From Acidobacteriota bacterium (GTDB lineage Bacteria; Acidobacteriota; Vicinamibacteria; Vicinamibacterales; JAKQTR01): a stretch of 64,000 nucleotides of DNA. The stretch lies in assembly GCA_040752275.1 (NCBI GenBank), contig JBFMFH010000056.1:13015-77014 (forward strand), read 5' to 3'. The position numbers and the translations under genes were made by a program. The notes under the pieces were generated by a model. It did no database searches and was not told the origin of the DNA. It saw only the letters and a program-made list of their open reading frames with translations. Positions 25,738 through 33,992 of this stretch are shown in pieces; within the stretch, counting starts at the first letter, position 1; each line of letters begins with the position of its first letter.

Positions 25738-26580
25738 CTAATACCTGACGACCCCTCCGAAATACGGGCCCCTCAGCTTGATCGTCCCTTCGTCCTGCTC
25801 GATCCGGAAGCCCATGTCGGTGGATCGCCATCCGCCCTGGATGCCGAAGTTGTTGGTGATGTTGAAGGTGGCGTAGACGTCGACATCCACGGCATTGAGC
25901 GACGCGTTCACCTGCACGCTGTCGGGGAGGCGGAAGTAGGTGAACTCGCCGTGGACGGACAGGAACGACGCGGGATAGAAGCGGGCCACGCCGCCGATGG
26001 CGGGGATCGGTGCCCGCGCCCGGACGAACTCGTGGCTGATGGGGTTGGTGAGGTCCAGCTTGGCGTCGGCGTACTTGGCCTCGATGAGGAGGCCGCCAAA
26101 CCCGCGGCTCCGGTGGATGAAGTCGTACTCGTAGGTAAACCGGTAGGCCGTCCAGGTGAAGTCGGTCTGCACCGGGATGGCGATCGGGAAGATGATGCCG
26201 TTGAAGATGAGGTCCTTGCGCAGGACGGCATCGGCCGTGTACCGCAGCGGCAGATAGTGGAAGCGGAACTTGTGCTTGGTGCCAGGGCGCAGAACCAGAC
26301 GAAGCTCGTAGGTCTGCCGCTTCTCGATGCCAAGGTCCGCCTGCAGGTCGATCTCGGTGCCGGGAATGCCCAGGCCCTCACTCGTGAAGGTGAACACGGG
26401 CGGCGGATTCCAGAGATTGGCGGCGAACTCGATGTGATAGGACTCGCCCTTCACGTCCGGCCCCGTCCCATACGTGGAGGGCAGGGGACGGTACTGGGCG
26501 GCGGCCTCACCGGGGAGGCCGGCGGCCAGCGCGACGGCGCAGGCGAACGCGACGAGACAACTGCGGGATGTCGACGGCAT
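25738..26580 (-). CDS. Outer-membrane beta-barrel protein
   Basis: Signal peptide MPSTSRSCLVAFACAVALAAGLPGEAAAQ, alternating-strand composition, and a C-terminal GGVVRY aromatic terminus. Confidence 0.65.
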   Translation of the reverse strand: MPSTSRSCLVAFACAVALAAGLPGEAAAQYRPLPSTYGTGPDVKGESYHIEFAANLWNPPPVFTFTSEGLGIPGTEIDLQADLGIEKRQTYELRLVLRPGTKHKFRFHYLPLRYTADAVLRKDLIFNGIIFPIAIPVQTDFTWTAYRFTYEYDFIHRSRGFGGLLIEAKYADAKLDLTNPISHEFVRARAPIPAIGGVARFYPASFLSVHGEFTYFRLPDSVQVNASLNAVDVDVYATFNITNNFGIQGGWRSTDMGFRIEQDEGTIKLRGPYFGGVVRY

Positions 26581-26768
26581 GGATGCACTCCTTCGCACGT
26601 GACCGGGGCTCACGCACGCACCACGACCTGCAAGTGGAGTGCCTGCTGGGAGAGGCAGGTTCAGGATACCACACAGGAAGGTCTGGGCTCCCTCTTTCGC
26701 GTGATCCGCCTCGGATCCGTACGGGCGCTGACGAAGGTGTAATCGGGCTGGTATGCTGAGACCATCGG

Positions 26769-28514
26769 ATGCCGTTGTCGCCGACCCGCCGCCTGCTCGG
26801 ATTTGCTCTTCGCCACCGCCGCCAGTACGTGATCGGTGTCAGCTGCACCATTGCAGCGACTACCATGTCGCTGCTGGCGCCCTGGGTCCTCAAGTACGCC
26901 ATCGATGACCTGACTGCCGGCGTCACCTCCGCGAAGCTGGGCGCCTATGCGGCCATCCTCCTGGGCATTGCGCTGGTGGGCGGGTACTTCCGGTTCCTGA
27001 TGCGCCGGGTCCTGGTCGGGGCGTCGCGCGACATCGAGTACGACCTGCGCCACGCGTTCGTCGGGCACCTGGTGACGCTTCCGGCCTCCTACTACCACGC
27101 GCACCGAACCGGCGACCTGATGTCGCGCGCCACGAACGATCTCAACGCCGTGCGCATGATGATCGGGCCGGCCGTCATGTACTTGGCGAGCACGATCATC
27201 GTGTTCGGTGTCGCCCTGGTGCTGATGTTGTCGCTCGACCCCTGGCTGACGCTGGTGGCGCTCATCCCGCTGCCGTTCGTGTCGGTCGCAGTCAAGATCT
27301 TCGGCACCGCCATCCACCGGCGGTTCGAGCGGATCCAGGCCCAGCTCTCCGACCTGAGTGCCGTGGCTCAGGAGGCGCTCGCCGGCGTGCGGGTGGTCCG
27401 AGCCTACCGCCAGGAGAAGGCACAGATCGAGCGGTTCGAGGCGGCGAACCGCGAGTATGTCCGCCGCAATCTCCGTCTCGTACGGCTCCAAGGAATGTTC
27501 TTCCCGAGCCTGGGCCTCTTCCTGGGCTTTGGCGCCTTGCTGGTCCTGTGGCTTGGCAGCCGCGAGGTCATTGGCGAGCGCCTGACCCTCGGCGAGTTCG
27601 TGGCGTTCAACGCCTACCTCGCCATGCTGACCTGGCCGATGATCGCGTTTGGCTGGGTGACCAACATGGTCCAGCGGGGGAGCGCGTCGTGGCAGCGCAT
27701 GCTCGAGGTCATGGACACTGCCCCCGCCATTGCTGATGCGCCGGATGCGGTCGGAACCGCGCCCGTTCGCGGCGACATCGAGTTCCGCGATCTGACGTTC
27801 GCGCACGACGGGCGGACGGCACTCGCGAACGTCTCGCTTCGCATCGAGGCCGGATCGACCGTCGCGATTGTCGGTCGCACCGGATCTGGCAAATCGACAC
27901 TGATCAGTCTGTTGCCACGCATCTACGACCCGCCCCCGGGCACGGTCTTCATCGACGGGATCGACGTGCGCCGGATTCCACTCGCCCGCCTGCGTGGCGC
28001 GATCGGGTTCGTGGACCAGGAGCCGTTCCTCTTCTCGACCACGATCGCCGAGAACATCGCGTTCGGTCTGCCCGGCGACACCGGCGGGTGCGAACCGCAG
28101 GTGGAACTGGCGTCTGCCATCGCCCGTCTCGACAAGGACATCGCCGGCTTTCCCGAGGGGGCCGGCACCGTCGTGGGCGAACGGGGCATCACGCTCTCCG
28201 GAGGCCAGCGACAGCGGGCGGCGATCGCGCGGGCGATCGGCACCGACCCCCGCATTCTGGTGCTGGACGATGCGTTGTCAGCCGTGGATACCTACACCGA
28301 AGAAGAGATCCTGTCGCGCCTGCGTGGCGTGATGCGGGAGCGCACGTCCATCATCGTGTCGCATCGGATGTCGACGGTCCGGGACGCCGATCGCATCGTG
28401 GTGCTGGACGCCGGGCGGATTGTCGAACTCGGCCGCCACGGCGACCTGCTCGCCCTTGGTGGCGTCTATGCGGAGCTCTACCGGAAGCAGATGCTGGAGG
28501 AGGAGTTGGGCTAG
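26769..28514 (+). CDS. ABC exporter half-transporter (TMD-NBD), subunit 1 of a heterodimeric pair
   Basis: Six-helix TMD, Walker A GRTGSGKST, signature LSGGQRQR, Walker B ILVLDDALSAVD. Confidence 0.9.
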   Translation: MPLSPTRRLLGFALRHRRQYVIGVSCTIAATTMSLLAPWVLKYAIDDLTAGVTSAKLGAYAAILLGIALVGGYFRFLMRRVLVGASRDIEYDLRHAFVGHLVTLPASYYHAHRTGDLMSRATNDLNAVRMMIGPAVMYLASTIIVFGVALVLMLSLDPWLTLVALIPLPFVSVAVKIFGTAIHRRFERIQAQLSDLSAVAQEALAGVRVVRAYRQEKAQIERFEAANREYVRRNLRLVRLQGMFFPSLGLFLGFGALLVLWLGSREVIGERLTLGEFVAFNAYLAMLTWPMIAFGWVTNMVQRGSASWQRMLEVMDTAPAIADAPDAVGTAPVRGDIEFRDLTFAHDGRTALANVSLRIEAGSTVAIVGRTGSGKSTLISLLPRIYDPPPGTVFIDGIDVRRIPLARLRGAIGFVDQEPFLFSTTIAENIAFGLPGDTGGCEPQVELASAIARLDKDIAGFPEGAGTVVGERGITLSGGQRQRAAIARAIGTDPRILVLDDALSAVDTYTEEEILSRLRGVMRERTSIIVSHRMSTVRDADRIVVLDAGRIVELGRHGDLLALGGVYAELYRKQMLEEELG

Positions 28515-28518
28515 AGCA

Positions 28519-30363
28519 GTGGCACCACAAGACGACGAGATCGTCGGCAAAGCGTACGACGCCGTGCTGATGCGGCGGCTGCTGGGGTACTTGTGGCCGT
28601 ATTGGCCGCACGTCGTTGCGGCCTTCGCCGCGATCGCCGGGCACTCCGTGCTCCAACTGGCGCAGCCCTACCTGATGAAGGTGGCCATCGATCGCTACAT
28701 CGCTGCCGGCGACCTCGACGGACTCGACGCCCTTGCCCTCCTGTTCCTGGGCATTCTGGTCGGTTCCTTCCTGCTCGAGTACGCCGAGACCTACATCCTC
28801 CAGCTCACGGGCCAGCGCATCATGTACGACCTGCGGATGCAGATCTACGGGCGGCTGCAGCGGCTCGACGTCGCCTTCTACGATCGCAACCCGGTCGGCC
28901 GGCTGATGACGCGGGTGACCACGGATGTCGATGCGCTGAACGACCTGTTCACGTCTGGAGTCGTCTCGGTCTTCGGCGACGTCTTCACGCTCGCCGGCAT
29001 CATGATCGTGCTCGTGGCGATGGACTGGCGCCTGGCGCTGGTGGCCTTCTCGGTGCTGCCCCTGATCGTGCTGGTCACGCAGTGGTTCCGGCGCAGCGTG
29101 CGCGAGTCGTACCGGACGGTGCGCAGCTGGATTGCGAAGATCAATGCCTTCCTGCAAGAACACCTGACCGGCATGACGACGGTCCAGCTCTTTCGCAGGG
29201 AAGCGCGGGCGCTTCGCGAATTCGACGCGGTCAACCGGGGACACCGTGACGCCAACATCGACTCGATCTTCTACTACGCCGTCTTCTATCCGGCCATCGA
29301 GATCGTCGGTGCGCTGGCGACGGCGCTGATCATCTGGTGGGGCGGGGCGTGGGCGCTGGCCGGGACGATCACGCTGGGGTCGCTCGTGGCGTTCATCCAG
29401 TACTCGCAGCGGTTCTTCCGGCCGATCAGCGATCTCTCCGAGAAGTTCAACATCCTTCAGTCGGCTATGGCCGCCTCCGAACGCATCTTCAAGATCATCG
29501 ATACGCCGGTGGCCGTCGCCAGTCCCCGCGCGCCGCGCGCGGCGCCGGCGGGCCGGGGCCACGTGGTGTTCGAGAATGTCTGGTTCGCCTACCAGCGGGA
29601 CGACTACGTCCTGCGCGACGTATCGTTCGAGGTCAGGCCCGGCCGGCGCGTGGGCATCGTCGGCGCGACGGGAGCGGGCAAGAGCACGATCATCAACCTG
29701 CTGCTCCGGTTCTACGACGTCAGCCGCGGGCGGATCCTCATCGACGGCCATGACGTGCGGGAGATGCGCCTCGAGGACGTCCGGCGGCACTTCAGCCTCG
29801 TGCTCCAGGACGTGTACCTGTTCTCCGGGACCGTTGCCGGCAACGTCAGGCTCGGCGAGGTCGCGATCTCCGATGCACACGTCCGCTCGGCGATCGAGGC
29901 TGTACGCGCGGCGAGCTTCGTCGATCGGTTGCCGCTGGGGCTGGAGACACCCGTGGCCGAGCGGGGCGCCACGCTCTCGACGGGGCAGAAGCAGCTGCTC
30001 TCGTTCGCCCGGGCGCTGGCCTTCGACCCGCGCATCCTCGTGCTGGACGAAGCGACGTCGAGTATCGATACCGAGACCGAGATGCTGATTCGGGACGCGC
30101 TCGGGGTGCTCATGCGCGGGCGGACAACCTTGGCGATCGCCCACCGGCTGTCTACCATCCAGGACATGGACACGATCCTCGTCCTGCACCACGGGCAACT
30201 GCGTGAGTCGGGCACGCACCAGGAACTGCTGGCTCGGCGCGGCATCTACTACCGGTTGTATCAGCTGCAGTACAGGGACCAAGAGAACGCCCTCCCGCGA
30301 CAGGACGGGAGGGCGTCGTCAGGCGACAGGCGGCAGGCGACAGGCGACAGGGCTACTTCCTGA
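28519..30363 (+). CDS. ABC exporter half-transporter (TMD-NBD), subunit 2
   Basis: A GTG start 4 nt after the subunit-1 stop, preceded by GGAGGAGGAG. Walker A GATGAGKST, signature LSTGQKQL, Walker B ILVLDEATSSID. The last 13 or so codons run through a heptamer array. Confidence 0.88.
   Translation: MAPQDDEIVGKAYDAVLMRRLLGYLWPYWPHVVAAFAAIAGHSVLQLAQPYLMKVAIDRYIAAGDLDGLDALALLFLGILVGSFLLEYAETYILQLTGQRIMYDLRMQIYGRLQRLDVAFYDRNPVGRLMTRVTTDVDALNDLFTSGVVSVFGDVFTLAGIMIVLVAMDWRLALVAFSVLPLIVLVTQWFRRSVRESYRTVRSWIAKINAFLQEHLTGMTTVQLFRREARALREFDAVNRGHRDANIDSIFYYAVFYPAIEIVGALATALIIWWGGAWALAGTITLGSLVAFIQYSQRFFRPISDLSEKFNILQSAMAASERIFKIIDTPVAVASPRAPRAAPAGRGHVVFENVWFAYQRDDYVLRDVSFEVRPGRRVGIVGATGAGKSTIINLLLRFYDVSRGRILIDGHDVREMRLEDVRRHFSLVLQDVYLFSGTVAGNVRLGEVAISDAHVRSAIEAVRAASFVDRLPLGLETPVAERGATLSTGQKQLLSFARALAFDPRILVLDEATSSIDTETEMLIRDALGVLMRGRTTLAIAHRLSTIQDMDTILVLHHGQLRESGTHQELLARRGIYYRLYQLQYRDQENALPRQDGRASSGDRRQATGDRATS
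30325..30352 (+). repeat. Heptanucleotide array (GACAGGC-type) inside the 3' tail of the ABC gene
   Basis: gacaggc ggcaggc gacaggc gacaggg. This is the same unit and orientation as at 2336. Confidence 0.85.
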
Positions 30364-31333
30364 CGATCCGGATGTCGCCGCTGAAGGCGGTCAGCACCAG
30401 CTTGGCCGAGCCGTCGCCGAAGGTGCCCCGGATCTCCTGCCGGCGCCCGCGGCGCCCCTCCCGGCCTCCGCCGAAGGTCATCGCCAGCGCCACGTCGCTG
30501 TTGATGTCGCCGCTGAAGCTGCTGGCCGTCACCTCGAACCCGACCTGCTCGCCGGTCTCCACGATAACGTCCCCCGAGTGGGATTGCAGCTCGTAGCGCC
30601 CGCCGCGGGAGAGCGGCCCGGCATAGCGCAGGGTCCCGCTCACGGACTTGGCCGCCAGCCGCTCGCACGAGCCGGTGACGGTAATCTCTCCGCTCACGCT
30701 GCTCAGGTCCAGGCTACGCGCCTTGACGTTCCTCAGCTCGAGGTCGCCGCTCACGCTCCCGACCGACAGCTCGCCGGGGCTCCCGGCCGACTCGACAATG
30801 ACGTCACCGGACACGGACTTGGCCGCCTCCAGGTTGCCGATCCCGTTGATGTCCACATCGCCGCTCACCGACTCGGCCCGGAAGAGCCCGTCGATCGTGC
30901 TGGCCTTGATGTCGCCCGAGACGGAGTTCAGGCGGACTTCCGCGTCCTTCGGGACCATGACCGTGAAGTAGACCGACACGTTCAGGTTCCGGCTCTCGCG
31001 CGGGTACCGCGTCTCCACCTCGACCCGTCCCTGGGACGCCATGACGTCGATGGTGACCAGCTTCAGCTCATCAGCCGTGCGCCCGCGCTTCACCGCCTCG
31101 ATGACCACCTGGTCTCCGGCGACGCCCGTCACAACGATGTCGCCCGAGATGTTCGAGAGTTCGAAGTGCCCGGCCCTCCCTAGCGGCACGGTCTTCGAGA
31201 ACTTCTCCGTCTGTGTCTGTGCCGTGGACCAGCCCGGTGGATCGATGCCCGGCGCCGCCGCGTTGGCGGGAACGCCGTAGAGCATCAGGGCCGTCACGAG
31301 GAACGCGCCAGTCGTGAAGGACTTCGTACGCAT
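30353..31333 (-). CDS. DUF4097-type beta-helical repeat protein (LiaG-like putative adhesin), secreted
   Basis: Signal peptide MRTKSFTTGAFLVTALMLYGVPANA. At least 10 repeats of (V/F)SGD(I/V)xV. Confidence 0.8.
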   Translation of the reverse strand: MRTKSFTTGAFLVTALMLYGVPANAAAPGIDPPGWSTAQTQTEKFSKTVPLGRAGHFELSNISGDIVVTGVAGDQVVIEAVKRGRTADELKLVTIDVMASQGRVEVETRYPRESRNLNVSVYFTVMVPKDAEVRLNSVSGDIKASTIDGLFRAESVSGDVDINGIGNLEAAKSVSGDVIVESAGSPGELSVGSVSGDLELRNVKARSLDLSSVSGEITVTGSCERLAAKSVSGTLRYAGPLSRGGRYELQSHSGDVIVETGEQVGFEVTASSFSGDINSDVALAMTFGGGREGRRGRRQEIRGTFGDGSAKLVLTAFSGDIRIVRK

Positions 31334-31372
31334 GATGTTTTCCCCTTCTCTCCGTTCGATGTCGTCCAGTAC

Positions 31373-32113
31373 TCAGGACTTGCTCAGTCCCTCGATCACC
31401 TTGGCCGTGCCTGTCTGATCACCCTTCCGCATGACGTTGATCAGCGTGATCGTGTCCTCCAGTAGCGAGACCTTCCTGCGGAGCGCCTCGAAGAGGCTCT
31501 CTCGCGCCAGCGTGCTCTCCGGCTGGTCGGTCAGCGCCTGCCGGCTCTCGTTGATGGCCTGGTCGATGATCCCGATGTTCTTCTGCAGCGTCGCCGCGAC
31601 TTCCGGGGTCAGCGTCTTTTCTCCGTCCGCCGCGATCTGCTCCAGCCCGGCAATCGCGTTCTCGTAGTGCGATTCGGCGAGCCGCAGCTCCTGGTCGATG
31701 CTTCTGACGAGATCCTCCCGAGTTCCGTGCACCGCAGGAACCGAGCCGCCGGGCCAGACCAGGTAGGTCAGGCTCGCTCCAGCCACGAGCACGAGTGCTG
31801 CCGCGAGCGGCAGCACGATTCGCGCGGACGCCCACCTGCGGCGGGCGACATCACCGGGCGTGCGGCCTTCGGCATCCAGCCGCTCGGCGATGCGCTCCCA
31901 GGCGTTGGCTCTGGGTGAGCGCACGGGCAGCTCGCGGGCGACGCGATGAATGTCGTCGAGGTCACGGGCCAGCATCCGGCAGGCCGTGCACTCGGTCAGG
32001 TGGGCATCGAGGTCCGCCTTCTCCGCCTTGCCGAGCGTGCCGCCGATCAAGTCGTCGATCAACTGCGCAACGCTCTCGCACGCGTGTTCAGACGGGGATC
32101 GAGCGTCCATCAT
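31373..32113 (-). CDS. Anti-sigma factor (zf-HC2 type) with one transmembrane helix
   Basis: HLTECTACRMLARDL zinc-finger motif, the TM segment IVLPLAAALVLVAGASLTYLV, and an ATGA start/stop overlap with the sigma gene. Confidence 0.8.
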   Translation of the reverse strand: MMDARSPSEHACESVAQLIDDLIGGTLGKAEKADLDAHLTECTACRMLARDLDDIHRVARELPVRSPRANAWERIAERLDAEGRTPGDVARRRWASARIVLPLAAALVLVAGASLTYLVWPGGSVPAVHGTREDLVRSIDQELRLAESHYENAIAGLEQIAADGEKTLTPEVAATLQKNIGIIDQAINESRQALTDQPESTLARESLFEALRRKVSLLEDTITLINVMRKGDQTGTAKVIEGLSKS

Positions 32114-32751
32114 CGTTCTCCCCGGGCCTCCGCCAGCGAGATCACAGCCGCCGCAGGACGCTGGGCCGGGGTTCCCCCCGCCTGGCCCCTCAGCAGCGCC
32201 CGCAGGCGCAGCCGCGCTTTGTGAACCAGAGACTTCGACGTCCCTTCCGCGATTCCCAACATGGTCCCGACCTCCCGGTGGTCGAGTCCCTCCACGTCGT
32301 GCAGCACGAAGGCGGCCCGGTAGCTGGGCGGGAGCTTCGCCACGGCCCGCTCCAGATCGATGCGGTCCAGCGCCGCTCCGGGGCTCCACGAGGCCGGCGC
32401 CGCCGGCTCCGGCAGATCCAGATCCTCCAGGAACCCCGTCGCGTGCTGCTGGCGCCCCTGCTTGCTGCGCACGTGATCCAGGCAGCAGTTCACGGCCAGC
32501 CGGTAGAGCCAGGTTCCCAGGGAGGCTTCCCCCCGGAAGGTGTCCAGCCGCCGGTAGGCCTGCAGGAATGTGTCCTGGAGCAGGTCGTCCGCGTCGGTGG
32601 CGTTGCCGGCAAACCGGTAGGCGACGTTGTAGAGCCTGCCGCTATAGGTCCTGTATAGCTCTTCCTGCGCGCTCGGTTCGCCACGTCGGCATCGGGCGAC
32701 AAGGTTGCGGTCCACCCGGCTTCCCTCCACCTTCTGAGACGAGAACATCAT
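32110..32751 (-). CDS. ECF (group 4) RNA polymerase sigma-70 factor
   Basis: Region 2 DADDLLQDTFLQAYRRLDTFRGEASLGTWLYRLAVNCCLDHVR, and region 4 REVGTMLGIAEGTSKSLVHKARLRLR. The start was trimmed to 32751 (MMFSSQ). Confidence 0.88.
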   Translation of the reverse strand: MMFSSQKVEGSRVDRNLVARCRRGEPSAQEELYRTYSGRLYNVAYRFAGNATDADDLLQDTFLQAYRRLDTFRGEASLGTWLYRLAVNCCLDHVRSKQGRQQHATGFLEDLDLPEPAAPASWSPGAALDRIDLERAVAKLPPSYRAAFVLHDVEGLDHREVGTMLGIAEGTSKSLVHKARLRLRALLRGQAGGTPAQRPAAAVISLAEARGER

Positions 32752-32809
32752 GGTGGATCGTTGCCTCCCGGCCGAAGAATACCAGGCCGGGGCGCCATGG
32801 ACGCCTTTC

Positions 32810-33121
32810 TCAGCGGGGCAACCAGCGGACCTGGCGAAAGGCGCGGATGCGCTCACCGACGACGATGACGCCCTCGGCTCTCAACAGGGCCCGCTTGAGA
32901 GACTGATGGCCCCCATAGCCCCCGAGACGGCCGCCAGAAGCGACCACCCGGTGGTACGGCACGTCGGTCTGCGGGGAAGTTCGCATGATGGTGCCGACGG
33001 CCCGCCAGGCCCGCGGGCGTCCTGCCAGCGCGGCAATGTCCCCGTAGGTGGCCACCCGGCCAGGCGGGATCCGCCGGGTCACGGCGAGCACCCTGGCGGT
33101 GAACTCGGTGGGTCGGATCAT
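32810..33121 (-). CDS. Alkyltransferase-like (ATL) protein: single MGMT DNA-binding domain with Tyr in place of the acceptor Cys
   Basis: IPPGRVATYGDIAALAGRPRAWRAVGTIM...VPYHRVV...GGYGG. The canonical PCHRV motif reads PYHRV here. Confidence 0.75.
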   Translation of the reverse strand: MIRPTEFTARVLAVTRRIPPGRVATYGDIAALAGRPRAWRAVGTIMRTSPQTDVPYHRVVASGGRLGGYGGHQSLKRALLRAEGVIVVGERIRAFRQVRWLPR

Positions 33122-33196
33122 CGCTCGCGCACGGCCGGATGTCGCGTCTCGCACGCAGGCGGCAGCGATCCAAGGGCCCGCCGGGCAGCAGGCCCG

Positions 33197-33955
33197 TCAG
33201 AACCGGATCCGGAGCCCGCCCGAGGCCTGGACCCCGCCAAGATCGAGTGCCGCCTGAGCCGTCTCTCCGCCGCCGAGCCTTCCCGATGCCCGCGAGTAGC
33301 GCAGAAGCCCGCCCACGCCGGCGGCCTTCGAGAACAGGTACGACACGTCGGCGCCGACGGTGAACCCCGTGGCCGAGATCGTCTGGCTCGTCCGCTCCAC
33401 ATCGGTGAGCATCGCCTCGTCGTAGGGGTACGATTCCGTGAACCGGGCCGCACCTGCCACCGTCTGCCAGGCCCTGAAGTAGGCGGGACCGCCGAAGATC
33501 GTGACGTTCACCCGGGACCCGGCGCGAACGAGCCAGGAGGCCTCCGCCGAGACCATCACCTGTTGGTGCTCGAAGCTGCCGAGTGTGCCCGAGGCCATCC
33601 GGTTCCGGTTGAGATAGAACGGATGGGGCAACTGGGCCTCCACCTCCGCGTGTCCGGTCTGGCTGAAGTACGACACGCCGGCACCGACTGCGAGGTTCTT
33701 CCAGACCCGCACCCCGCCTCTGGCGCCGAACATGGGGCCGGGCTCGATCTCGTACGAGGCCGACACGTGCGCCGGCTCCACGTTGAGGGTGTAGGTGGTC
33801 GTCGTATCGAAGGTCGTCGACGCGATCTGATAGCCGGCGTCGATGGCGATGAAGCCGGCGCCCGTCCAGGCAGATGGCTGCTGAGCGCGCGCGGGACGGA
33901 CCATGAAAAGAGCGAGGGCCGTCACGGCCAGGATCCGGAGGGTGCGGTGCGTCAT
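33197..33955 (-). CDS. Outer-membrane beta-barrel protein
   Basis: Signal peptide MTHRTLRILAVTALALFMVRPARAQQ and a C-terminal GGLRIRF. The start was trimmed from the track ORF. Confidence 0.65.
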   Translation of the reverse strand: MTHRTLRILAVTALALFMVRPARAQQPSAWTGAGFIAIDAGYQIASTTFDTTTTYTLNVEPAHVSASYEIEPGPMFGARGGVRVWKNLAVGAGVSYFSQTGHAEVEAQLPHPFYLNRNRMASGTLGSFEHQQVMVSAEASWLVRAGSRVNVTIFGGPAYFRAWQTVAGAARFTESYPYDEAMLTDVERTSQTISATGFTVGADVSYLFSKAAGVGGLLRYSRASGRLGGGETAQAALDLGGVQASGGLRIRF

Positions 33956-33992
33956 GGTGGAATGTCCGTGGTTGAGTGGCGCCCGCGAACGC

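Noticed and set aside
28351-30282. 643-aa ORF antisense to the second ABC exporter gene
   Set aside because: Same reasoning: it is an antisense artefact of GC-rich DNA, and the sense strand has Walker A/B and signature motifs.
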